NCBI GenBank assembly: GCA_964187785.1
Contig: OZ076409.1
Span: 73,906,001 to 73,970,000 of the forward strand
Reading direction: 5' to 3'
Length of the DNA stretch: 64,000 nt
Source of the DNA: Amphiscolops sp. MND2022
Taxonomy: Eukaryota
The position numbers and the translations under genes are program-made. Position 1 is the stretch's first letter; each line of letters begins with the position of its first letter. The notes under the pieces were generated by a model, which saw nothing but the letters and a program-made list of their open reading frames with translations, did not search any database and had not been told where the DNA came from. Positions 49,795 to 61,521 of the stretch are shown one piece after another.

Positions 49795-51076
49795 GTGCCG
49801 GTGTTTTTCACGACAAAGAAAGTTGCGCGCTTTGGGTAGGGTCCCGGCGCGCTTTTGGGGTTCATTTTAACAACCTGATCTCCCGTTGCACGTATGTCCG
49901 ATTTTCCAAACTATCCTACCAATTTTGCTGAAATTTTGCATGTGGGTCCCTATGGACATTCTAAGAACAAATCCCTACTGGCGTTTTGCCCGGAAAATTT
50001 TTTTTGTTGACTTATTGACAATTTTAGGTGCCGAAAATGACGTTTTTTCAAAAAAAAAATTTTTAAGAGACCATATCTCGCTCCCAGGTGCCCGGAGCGG
50101 GTCGCATGTGGACGTTGATATTGCTAGGCACTTCGTAAGGAGTCTGTAGACAAATTTTGGTTCAGATTGGATGAAAATTGATTGAGTAATAGCCGCAAAT
50201 TGGACGCATTTTGTCGAATTTATTCGAAACCCCAGTCTATCTCTGCCGTTTTTTGCCCAGATTTTTTTCTAGACCCTCTCCTAAAGGCCTCCCCTGGCCG
50301 GATTACCTCCCAGCAAAACCATTTAGCCCTAAATACGAAGTTTCAGCGTTCTAGCATTCTCGGGTGAAAAGTTGTGGGACTTAGAAAAATTTTTTTGAAA
50401 ACGCAAAATGTGTAAAGTCAACTTCAGGCCTCCCAAAGTCAAGGAACTTCCACACAACTAGTATTGCAAGTGAATGCATGTGGAAAGTACTCGGATAGAC
50501 GAGAAAAATGAGCTATTATAAATCTCTGTAGCTTAACCTGACGTTGACTTATGACAATTTTAGTGTGAGCTTGCTATGTGAGAAAAAAATTCAAAATTGA
50601 AAATCGAAGCTAAGTCTCATCCAAAACTCATCGGAACACGTTCAATCCATCCCAGAGCGGTTTAATTCCAGCTATATAATGCAGCAACACTATTCAAGAC
50701 CATTTGATCCACTTACATTAGTTTTGACACCGTATTATTCATCCGAGAGCACAAAACAGTTGAGTACATTCCATCTCCCTTTCGGGGGAGATGAGAATGT
50801 ACTCGCTAAAGTCCAGGTAATACAGCCCATATTTGTTTTTATGCGACGCTTTTATGGTTTGTATGCTAGTGCGTACACGTATTAATCTTTTAACATATTT
50901 TTTGTCGTCTGCAGTTTGCTTTTGACTTGACATAAACTGAACGTTTTGTCCTTACAACATACACATTACTAACGTCAACGCCCCATCCTTGCATCAACGC
51001 CCACCGTCCGTGGGCATGCCGAGGCATGCCCTTCGACGACGTATACCAAGATATACATAAGCGCGGTAGCCGCTAG
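49795..51076 (+). mobile_element. Cassette 24, family D (1282 bp)
   Basis: Very similar to cassette 6. Confidence 0.8.
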
Positions 51077-52464
51077 GTGGTTGGGGCGGTCCCCAGAACG
51101 CACAAGGAGGCGCGGGGAGGGTCCTGCGCCGACGTAGAATAATTTCATAAAATACTAGTATCCTACATGGGTGTTTTAGAAGCGATTTTGGAATCTAACC
51201 GTAGGATTTGGATAATTTTTTGCATGCGGCCATAACTCGAAATTCTAAGAACTTTTTCCTACTGTCATTTTCCCCGCAAATTGTTTTTTGTTGACTTATG
51301 GCCAAAAAACCGGAAATAACGTCCTTCTTAGACGTTATATCCGAAGTGTCGTCATAACTTTTTTCCAGGGCATGCTAGCGATCTCGTTCACTCTTACACT
51401 TTGTTTTAGCATCTCAAAATACAACTGGTGGAAAATTTTGGTTGCATTCGGATCACCCCCCACCGAGATAGAAGGGTTCCCCCCTCCAGTTTTACCCCCC
51501 AAAATTGAGAAAATACCAATTTTGAGCATGAAGCCGTGGATTTAGCGAATCCTCACCCCCCTGATGTTTTGTCGGACATGTTAGGGTCAATCTGGTGACA
51601 TAAGTGGTTTTCACCCCCAACCCCCCCTGGGACCGGAAATGACACTTTTTTGTGTTTTTTGACAAAAATGAGCCTTTTTGATTAGTAGGGAGTCGTTTTT
51701 GGGCCTCCTAGCAGGATATCGAAGTTGAAATACAACTTGATCACAACCCAGTGACAACATGTTGGTCAGTTGCAGGTACCATCATGACCGGAAGTGGGGT
51801 CAAACCCCCCTTTTTGTGACCGCTTTTTGACCTTGTGCACCAAAATGCCAACAACTTGAGGCCTAATGACGCATTCAAATCTGTACAAAGATAGAACGTT
51901 AGACAACGGAAGTCCCGCAAGCTCTTTAGCATATACCGGACGTCACCCCCCATGACCGGAAGTTGTCCAATATGACCGGAAATGGTCCAAAAATTCATGT
52001 AAAATTAACTTTTTCACTTATTGAAGACCACTTCGTTGAACATTTTCAATCCCAAAACTAGCGTACTAGCTGGTGGCGTTGAATTTATGGAAATTGAGGA
52101 GCTTTATCACCCCCGATAGCCTTCGAAGTTGACCTTGCGTCAACTTTGGAGGCTATCGATTCTGAAAATGAACAACAAAGTACTTTGTTGCTCTCGTTTT
52201 TTTCCGTTTTTTTCCTCAAATATTTTTGAGACATACACATGGCCGTTAGTTAAAATCAATATTTTAGCCCATGTTATAGCGTGAGTAGCGAAGCGTTACA
52301 CAGGCTGGTGTGGTTTTGAACTATAATTATTTTAAAATAAAAAAAGACCGTCTTAGTCAACGCCACACATTCATACCAACGCCCACCGTCTGTGGGCATG
52401 CCGAGGCATGCCCTTCGACGACGTATGACGAATCCATCCCACGACGCCCGCAGTCCTCAGCTAG
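51077..52464 (+). mobile_element. Cassette 25, family B (1388 bp)
   Basis: B termini. Confidence 0.8.
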
Positions 52465-53853
52465 GTGGTTGGGGCGGTCCCCAGAACGCACAAGGAGGCG
52501 CGGGGAGGGTCCTGCGCCGACGTAGAATAATTTCATATAATACTAGTATCCTACATGGGTGTTTTAGAGGCGATTTTGGAATCTAACCGTAGGATTTGGA
52601 TAATTTTTTGCATGCGGCCATAACTCGAAATTCTAAGAACTTTTTCCTACTGTCATTTTCCCCGCAAATTGTTTTTTGTTGACTTATGGCCGAAAAACCG
52701 GAAATAACGTCCTTTTTAGACGTTATATCCGAAGTGTCGTCATAACTTTTTTCCAGGGCATGCTAGCGTTCTCGTTCACTTTTACACTTAGTTGCAGCAT
52801 CTCAAAATACAACTGGTGGAAAATTTTGGTTGCATTCGGATCACCCCCCACCGAGATAGAAGGGTTCCCCCCTCCAGTTTTACCCCCCAAATTTGCAAAA
52901 TAGCCAATTTTGAGCATGAAGCCGAGGATTTAGCGTACCCGCACCCTCCTGATGTTTTGTTGTACGTATTGGGGTCAATCTGACGACATGTGTGGTTTTC
53001 ACCCCCAACCCCCCCTTGGACCGGAAATGACACTTTTTTGTGTTTTTTGGCAGAATTTAGCCTTTTTCATTATTAGGCAGTCGTTTTAGGGACTCCTAGC
53101 AGGATATCGAAATTGAAATACAACCTGATCACAACCCAGTGACAACATGTTGGCCACTTGGAGGTATCATCATGACCGGAAGCGGGGTCAACCCCCCTTT
53201 TTGTGACCGCTTTTTGACCTTGTGCACCAAAATGCCAACATCTTGAGGCCTAATGAGGCATTCAAATCTGTACAAAGATAAAATGTTAGACAACCGAAGT
53301 CCCGGAAGATCTTTAGCATATACGGGAAGTTACCCCCCATGACCGGAAGTTACCCAATGTGACCGGAAATGGTCCAAAAATTAATGTAAAGTTGAATTTT
53401 TCACTATTTCAAGACCACTTCATTGAACATTTCCTTTCCCAAAACTAGCGTACTGGCTTGTTTTGCTGAATTTGTGGAAATTGATGAGCTCTATCACCCC
53501 CGATAGCCTTCGAAGTTGACCTTGCGTCAACTTTGGAGGCTATCGATAAAGAAAAATGAACAACAAAGTACATTGTTGCTCTCGTTCTTTTCCCGTTGTT
53601 TTTCCTCAAACATTCTTGAGACATATACATGGCCGTTAGTTGAAATCAATATTTAGCCCATGTTATAGCTGGAGCAGCGAAGCGTTACACAGACTAGTGT
53701 GGTTTTGAAATCACACTATTTAAATTAACAACTGACCGTCTTAGTCAACTCCACACATTCATACCAACGCCCACCGTCTGTGGGCATGCCGAGGCATGCC
53801 CTTCGACGACGTATGACGAATCCATTCCAACGACACCCGCAGTCCTCAGCTAG
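52465..53853 (+). mobile_element. Cassette 26, family B (1389 bp)
   Basis: B termini; very similar to cassette 2. Confidence 0.8.
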
Positions 53854-55122
53854 GTGGCCGGGAATTTTTTTTCCACTCAATTCTTTGCCAACTGGGGGAG
53901 GGGCCCCTGGTGGCTGGTGTTCGGATTTACATACTACTGTATTCGGGGCTACATTTTAACGATCTCGAGATCTAACCATACGATTCGCCTAAAACTTTGC
54001 ATGCAGGCCCAAAATGAGATTGTAAGAACAATGATATAAGCGTTTTTCCTGAATTTTTGCAAAAAGTTGGTCAAAAACGCAAAAAATGGGCCAAAATTGA
54101 CCTCTTTTTCAACTTTTTTATTTTTGAGAGCCCATATCTCGGAACGAGGTGGCCGTAGCGGGCCGCATAAGGACTCCGTTTTTGCTGGGCACTTGATGAG
54201 GAGTGCGTGGACAAATTTTCGTCCAAATCGAAGGAAAATTGACTGAGTAATGAGTGATTTTTTGACGACCTTTTTTGCGAACCCCATTGTATCTCTGCCG
54301 TTTTCCGCCAAAATTTTCAAAAATGCTTCTACAGGAGGCAATCCCTGCCCAATTTTCTGCAAAACAAAACCATTTGGCCCTAAATACGAGGTTTCAGCGT
54401 TCTAGCATTCCCCGGTGAAAAGTTATGGGACTTAGAAATTTGTCAGTGAAACGCAAAATTTGTAAAGTCAACTTCCGGTGCCCAAAAGTCACAAAACTTT
54501 CACACAACTAGTATTGTAAGTGAATGCATGTGGAAAGTACTGAAATAGACGAGAAAAATGAGCTATAGAACGACTCTTTACCTTAACTTGACGTTGACTT
54601 ATGATGTTTTGAATGTGAGCATCCTATCTGATTTTAATGTCAAAAATGAGATTTTGTAAGTCATGTCTCATCAAAAACTCAACGGAATACGTTCAATCAT
54701 CTCTATAGCTGTTCAATTGCCGTGGCTTAGCGCAGCAACGCCATTTAATGTCTTTGGACCCATTCTGAAAAATTTTGACACCGTCTTATTCGTCCGATAT
54801 CACAAAGCAGTTGAGTACATTCCATCTCCCCCTTGAGGGGAGATGAGAATGTACTCGCTAAAGAGCTGGTACTATGGCCCATATTTGTTTTTAATTGACG
54901 CTTCCTATGAGGTTTCACACGGATACCTCTATTTGGTAACACATTTTCTTTTGCACCATGTTTATATATGCTAAACCACTTCATTAGCTTCTACTATCTA
55001 TACTCACACATGACTAACGTCAACGCCACATACTCGCATCAACGCCCACCGTCCGTAGGCATGCCGAGGCATGCCTTTCGACGACGTATACCTAGTATAC
55101 GCGTTAGCGCGGTAGCCGCTAG
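53854..55122 (+). mobile_element. Cassette 27, family D (1269 bp)
   Basis: Junction-bounded; cassettes 27-29 are closely similar neighbours. Confidence 0.8.
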
Positions 55123-56391
55123 GTGGACGGGAATGTTTTTTTCCAACCAATTCGATGCCAACTGGGGGAGGGGCCCCTGGTGGCTGTTACCCGAATTACA
55201 TACCTACCCAAATCGTCCGCTCCGGATACGATCTCAAAACTGAGCCACACAATTTTCCTGAAACTTTGCATGTGGGCCTAAAATGAGATTGTAAGAACAA
55301 TGATATAGGCGTTATTCCTGAATTTTTTCAAAAAGTTGGTCAAAAACGCAAAAAATGGGTCAAAATTGACCTCTTTTTCAACTTTTTTTATTTTTGAGAG
55401 CCCATATCTCGGAACGAGGTGGCCGTAGCGGGCCGCATAAGGACTCCGTTTTTGCTGGGCACTTGATGAGGAGTGCGTGGACAAAATTTCGTCCAAATCA
55501 AAGTAAAATTGATTGAGTAATGAGTGATTTTTTGGCGACCTTTTTTGCGAACCCTATTGTATCTCTGCCATTTTCCGCCAAAATTTTCAAAAGTGGTTCT
55601 ACAGGAGGCAACCCCTGCCCAATTTTCTGCAGAACAAAACCATTTGGCCCTAAATACGAGGTTTCAGCGTTCTAGCATTCCCCGGTGAAAAGTTATAGGA
55701 CTTAGAAATTTGTCAGTGAAACGCAAAATTTGTAAATTCAACTTCCGGTGCCCAAAAGTCACAAAACTTTCACACAACTAGTATTGCAAGTGAATGCATG
55801 TGGAAAGTACTGAAACAGACGAGAAAAATGAGCTATAGAACGACTCTCTACCTTAACCTGACGTTGACTTATGATGTTTTGAATGTGAGCATCCTATCTG
55901 ATTTTAATGTCAAAAATGAGATTTTGTAAGTCATGTCTCATCAAAAACTCATCGGAATACGTTCAATCATCTCTATAGCTGTTTAATTGCCGTAGCTTAG
56001 TACAGCAACGCCATTGAATGTCTTTGGACCCATTTTGAAAATTATCGATACCGTCTTATTCGTCCGATATCACGAAACAGTTGAGTACATTCCATCTCCC
56101 TCTTTGGGGGGAGATGAGAATGTACTCGCTAAAGAGCTGGTACAATGGCCCATATTTGTTTTTAACTGACGCTTCTCATGATATTTCACACGTACACCTC
56201 TATTTGGTAACACATTTTCCTTTGCACCATGTTTATATATGCCAAACCACTTCTTTACCTTACTACTTCTACTCAAACATCACCAACGTCAACGCCACAT
56301 ACTCGCATCAACGCCCACCGTCCGTAGGCATGCCGAGGCATGCCTTTCGACGACGTATACCTAATATACGCGTTAGCGCGGTAGCTGCTAG
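55123..56391 (+). mobile_element. Cassette 28, family D (1269 bp)
   Basis: As cassette 27. Confidence 0.8.
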
Positions 56392-57658
56392 GTGGCCGGG
56401 AATTTTTTTTTCCACTTAAATCTTTGCCACTGGGGTAGGGGCCCCTGGTGGCTGTTACCCAAAATACATACCTACTAAAATCGTCCGCTCCGGAGACGAT
56501 CTCGAAAACCAATCCATAACTTTTTCTGAAACTTTGCATGTGGGCCTAAAATGAGATTGTAAGAACAATGATATAGGCGTCATTTCTGAATTTTTGCAAA
56601 AAGTTGGTCAAAAACGCAAAAAATGGGTCAAAATTGACCTCTTTTTCAACTTTTTTATTTTTGAGAGCCCATATCTCGGAACGAGGTGGCCGTAGCGGGC
56701 CGCATAAGGACTCCGTTTTTGCTGGGCACTTGATGAGGAGTGCGTGGACAAATTTTCGTCCAAATCGAAGTAAAATTGATTGAGTAATGAGTGATTTTTT
56801 GACGACCTTTTTTGCGAACCCCCTTGTACCTCTGCCATTTTCCGCCAAAATTTTCAGAAGTGATTCTACAGGAGGCAACCCCTGCCCAATTTTCTGCAAA
56901 ACAAAACCATTTGGCCCTAAATACGAGGTTTCAGCGTTCTAGCATTCCCCGGTGAAAAGTTAGAGGACTTAGAAATTTGTCAGTGAAACGCAAAATTTGT
57001 AAAGTCAACTTCCGGTGCTCAAAAGTCACAAAACTTTCACACAACTAGTATTGCAAGTGAATGCATGTGGAAAGTACTGAAATAGACGAGAAAAATGAGC
57101 TATAGAACGACTCTCTACCTTAACCTGAGGTTGACTTATGATGTTTTGAATGTGAGCATCCTATCTGATTTTAATGTCAAAAATGAGATTTTGTAAGTCA
57201 TGTCTCATCAAAAACTCATCGGAATACGTTCAATCATCTCTATAGCTGTTCAATTGCCGTAGCTTAGTACAGCAACGCCATTGAATGTCTTTGGACCCAT
57301 TTTGAAAATTATCGATACCGTCTTATTCGTCCGATATCACGAAACAGTTGAGTACATTCCATCTCCCTCTTTGGGGGGAGATGAGAATGTACTCGCTAAA
57401 GAGCTGGTACAATGGCCCATATTTGTTTTTAACTGACGCTTCTCATGATATTTCACACGTACACCTCTATTTGGTAACACATTTTCCTTTGCACCATGTT
57501 TATATATGCTAAACCACTTCTTTACCTTACTACTTCTACTCAAACATCACCAACGTCAACGCCACATACTCGCATCAACGCCCACCGTCCGTAGGCATGC
57601 CGAGGCATGCCTTTCGACGACGTATACCTAGTATACGCGTTAGCGCGGTAGCCGCTAG
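56392..57658 (+). mobile_element. Cassette 29, family D (1267 bp)
   Basis: As cassette 27. Confidence 0.8.
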
Positions 57659-58945
57659 GTGGCCGGAAATTTTTTTTTTCAGCAAAATCTTTGCCATTGG
57701 GGGAGGGGCCCCGGATGGCCAGTAGTACGGGATAGCTTCCTACCAAATCCAGGCGGAAAAAACGTGATTTTGGAAACTAGCCGTCAGAATTTGCTCAAAT
57801 TTTGCATACGGCTTCCTATAACAACCCTAAGAACTAATCCCTACTGGCATTTTGCCCAAAAAACGCAAAAAGTTGGTCAAAATCTTAGTTTTTTGGTCAA
57901 AAAATGGCGTTTTTTCGAAAAAAATTTTTTTCAGAGACAATTACTCGTAACTGGTTCACCTAGCGCAAAAACGCCTAGCTGATTTATTGTTGGGCACTTC
58001 ATGAGGAGTGCGTATACAAATTTTCGTCCAAATCGGATAAAAGTTGATTGAGAAATAACTGAAAATTTGAGGCATTTTTTTGGAAATTTTTGAAATCCCA
58101 GTCTATCTCTGCCGTTTTTTGCCCAGATTTTTTTCCAGACACTCTCCTAAAGACCTCCCCTGGCCGGTTTACCTCCCAGCAAAACCATTTGGCCCTAAAT
58201 ACGGAGTTTCAGCGTTCTAGCATTCCCGGGCGAAAAGATGTGGGACTTAGAAAAAATTCAAAAATTTTCAAAATTTTTTTTTGCGTTTCCCGGACCCCCA
58301 ATGAAGGGGAACGACCCCCCAACTAGGATTTTTGGTGAATCCATGTGAAAAGGCCTTGTTTAGTGGAGCAAATTGCCGTTTAGAGCGACTTTTTATCTTA
58401 ACTTGACGTTGACCTCTGTCGTTTTGAATTTGATATTAGTATGTGTTGAGCATGTGAAAAGTTGATGATTTCAATTGTTCTCTCGTGTTCAAGCCATTGA
58501 GATACAAGCGGTAGTGATCAAAATGTGATTTATCGCAATTTGGTGGTGCTTTTGGTGTATTTTGATTCTTTTAAATAAAAAGTTGTTCTTTATATATTTG
58601 GTGTATTAATTCAAATTAACAAGAAACAGTTGAGTACATTTCATCTCCCCCCTTGTGGGGGAGATGAGGATGTACCCGCTAAATGACACGCACAATGGCC
58701 CACTTTTACTTTTATGCGACGTTTTCTAGGCTTTTGCGCAAGCCCACTATTATTTAGACTGGTTTCCTTTTCTTTTACTCCAAAATTTTCCGTACTAACC
58801 ACCTTACGCACCACCAGCTCAACGTAACATCTGTAACGTCAACGCCACACACTCTCACTAACGCCCACCGTCCGTGGGCATGCCGAGGCATGCCCTTCGA
58901 CGACGTATGCCAAATAGCGCCACAGGGCGCAAACTTGTCCGCTAG
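57659..58945 (+). mobile_element. Cassette 30, family D (1287 bp)
   Basis: Very similar to cassette 15. Confidence 0.8.
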
Positions 58946-60248
58946 GTGGCCACGACCATGGTTTCTTGCGTATCTTGTCGAATCTTTTGTCGTTGCCGGC
59001 CGGGGAGGGACCCGTTTGCCGGCGTGTGTAGTGTGGGGCCCCCATACCCAAAAAGTGGTATTTTTTTCAGAGATCTCAAAATCGGCCCATCAGAATTGCC
59101 TGAAATTTGGCATGAGGCTCCCAATTGGGGAAAAAATAAGAAGTGTAGGAGGCGACTTGTTCGGGTAAATATTGTATGTTGACTTTTGGCCAAAATAGTG
59201 TTCCCCCCCAACATGGGCAAAATCACATGAGGTGTAAAAATATGATCACAACTTTTGAACCTTTGGATTTAGGGGTACGGTCGTGGACCACATTAAGCAA
59301 GAGCTTTGGTGAGCGGGTAGGATAGATGGGTTTTGATCCCAGTACCTTCAACCACTTTTGAGAAATTAACGTTTCAAACAAACATCCGGGAGGTATATGT
59401 TGCCCCTGAAGGCAGGTTTTTCGCCATTTTCAATGTGAAGGAGTGGGTTTAGCGCAACGTGTGTGGTGTGCTTTTTTGTTGCCCGTGTGCGGAGCGTTGT
59501 ATAGAGGTGCTGGTTGTTGAAATTGGAAAAGTTGGTAAAAAGTTATACCTATACCCCCCCTACTGTCTCTGCCATTCAATTTTTTTTCAACTTCAGGCCT
59601 CCCAAAGGTGAGAAACTTCCACACAACTAGAATTGCAAGTGAATGCATGTGGAAAGTACTCGGATAGACGAGAAAAATGAGCTATAGAACGACTCTGTAG
59701 CTTAACTTGACGTTGACTTATGACATTTTGAGTGTGAGCTTGCTATGTGAGAAAAAAAATCAAAATTTAAAATCGAAGCGAAGTCTCATCCAAAACTCAT
59801 CGAAATACGTTCAATCCATCCCAAAGCGGATTAATTCCAGAAATATAGTGCAGCAACACTATTCAAGACCATTTGACACAATTTTAATAGTTTTGACATT
59901 GTATTATTCATCCGAGAGCACAAAACAGTTGGGTACATTCCATCTCCCTTTCGGGGGAGATGAGAATGTACCCGCTAAATGACACGCACCATGGCCTAAT
60001 TTTTACCGTTATGCGACGTTTTCTAGGCTTTCGCGCAAGCCCACTAATATTTACACTGGTTTCTTTCTCTTTCACTCCAAACATTCCGTCCGTACTAACC
60101 ACCTTACACACCACCAGCAGCTCAACGACACATCTGTAACGTCAACGCCACATACTCGCATCAACGCCCACCGTCCGTGGGCATGCCGAGGCATGCCCTT
60201 CGACGACGTATGCCCGTTGTCACAACAGGGCGCCCCTACATTCTCTAG
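58946..60248 (+). mobile_element. Cassette 31, family D variant (1303 bp)
   Basis: Distinct left half, D right half, 3' tail like cassettes 15/30. Confidence 0.75.
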
Positions 60249-61521
60249 GTGGTCGGGGGATTTCCCAACCTCTTCCGGCCGCGTGGGGAGGGACCCACTG
60301 CCGGCCCCCCAGCTCAGAAAACTAACCTCATAAAACACCCCCTCAAAACAACGATCTCGAAACCCACCCATACGATTTTGCTGAAATTTTGCATGCGGCT
60401 CCCAAATTCCGATAGAAGAACAAATCCCTACTACCATTTTTCCGGCTATAGCCAAAATGTTGGTCAAAAATGACAATTTATGAGTGAAAAATGGCTTATT
60501 TTCAACTTTTTCAACTTTGAGCGGCTATTACTCCTTCCAGGGTGCTCGGAGCGATACGGTACCGGACGGCAATATTGTTCAGCACTTCGAGGAGAACCTA
60601 TAGACGTATTTTGGTGCTATTCGGATAAAAATTGGTTGAGTAATAGCCGGAATTTTGACGATTTTTTTTGAAAAATTCTCACACCCTAGTCTATCTCTGC
60701 CGTTTTTTGCCCAGATTTTTTTCCAGGACCTCTCCCAAAGGCCTCCCCTGGCCGGTTTACTTCCCAGCAAAACCATTTGGCCCTTTTGCCGCAGTTTCAG
60801 CGTTCCAGCATTCCCCGGGTAAAAGATAAATGACTTAGAATTTTTTCGAAAAGTTTTCAAAAAATTTTTTTTTCAACTTCAGGCCTCTCAAAGACAGGAA
60901 ACTTCCACACAACTAGTATTGCAAGTGGATGCATGTGGAAAGTGCTCGAATAGACGAGAAAAATGAGCTATTATAAAACTCTGTAGCTTAACTTGACGTT
61001 GACTTATGACAATTTTAGTGTGAGCTTGCTATGTCGTAAAAATGAAAAAAACTTAAAATGGAAGATAAGTCTCGTCCAAAACTCGTCGGAAAGCCTCCAA
61101 TCGACCCCAGGGCTGTTCAATCAACACTGTTTAGTGCCGCAACGCTATTTAGGGCCTTAGGACCCATTTTGGTAGGTTTTGAAACCGTCTTATCCTTCTA
61201 AAAGCACAAAACAGTTTCGTACATTCCATCTCCCTTTCGGGGGAGATGAGAATGTACTCACAAAAAACCAAGTATTACAGCCCCATTCTACCTGTAGTGG
61301 CGTTAGAAAGGCATCAGTGTGAGCTCCAGGTAGCTTACAGTAGTCTCTACCTATGTTGTGACTCTGTTATAAATGTATTTATGTTACCAAACGTGAATGA
61401 TTTGTTTTACTCCAAAATTATTTTACATTTAATGTCATCAATGCACGCATTTCAATCTATCTGCAACTACTACTACCTACCCATTCCCCCGTGCTAGTCA
61501 CGCACAAGCCTGCAGCGCTAG
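60249..61521 (+). mobile_element. Cassette 32, family D lacking the terminal palindrome (1273 bp)
   Basis: D core; last ~250 bp unrelated to siblings but still ends GCTAG|GTGG. Confidence 0.75.
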
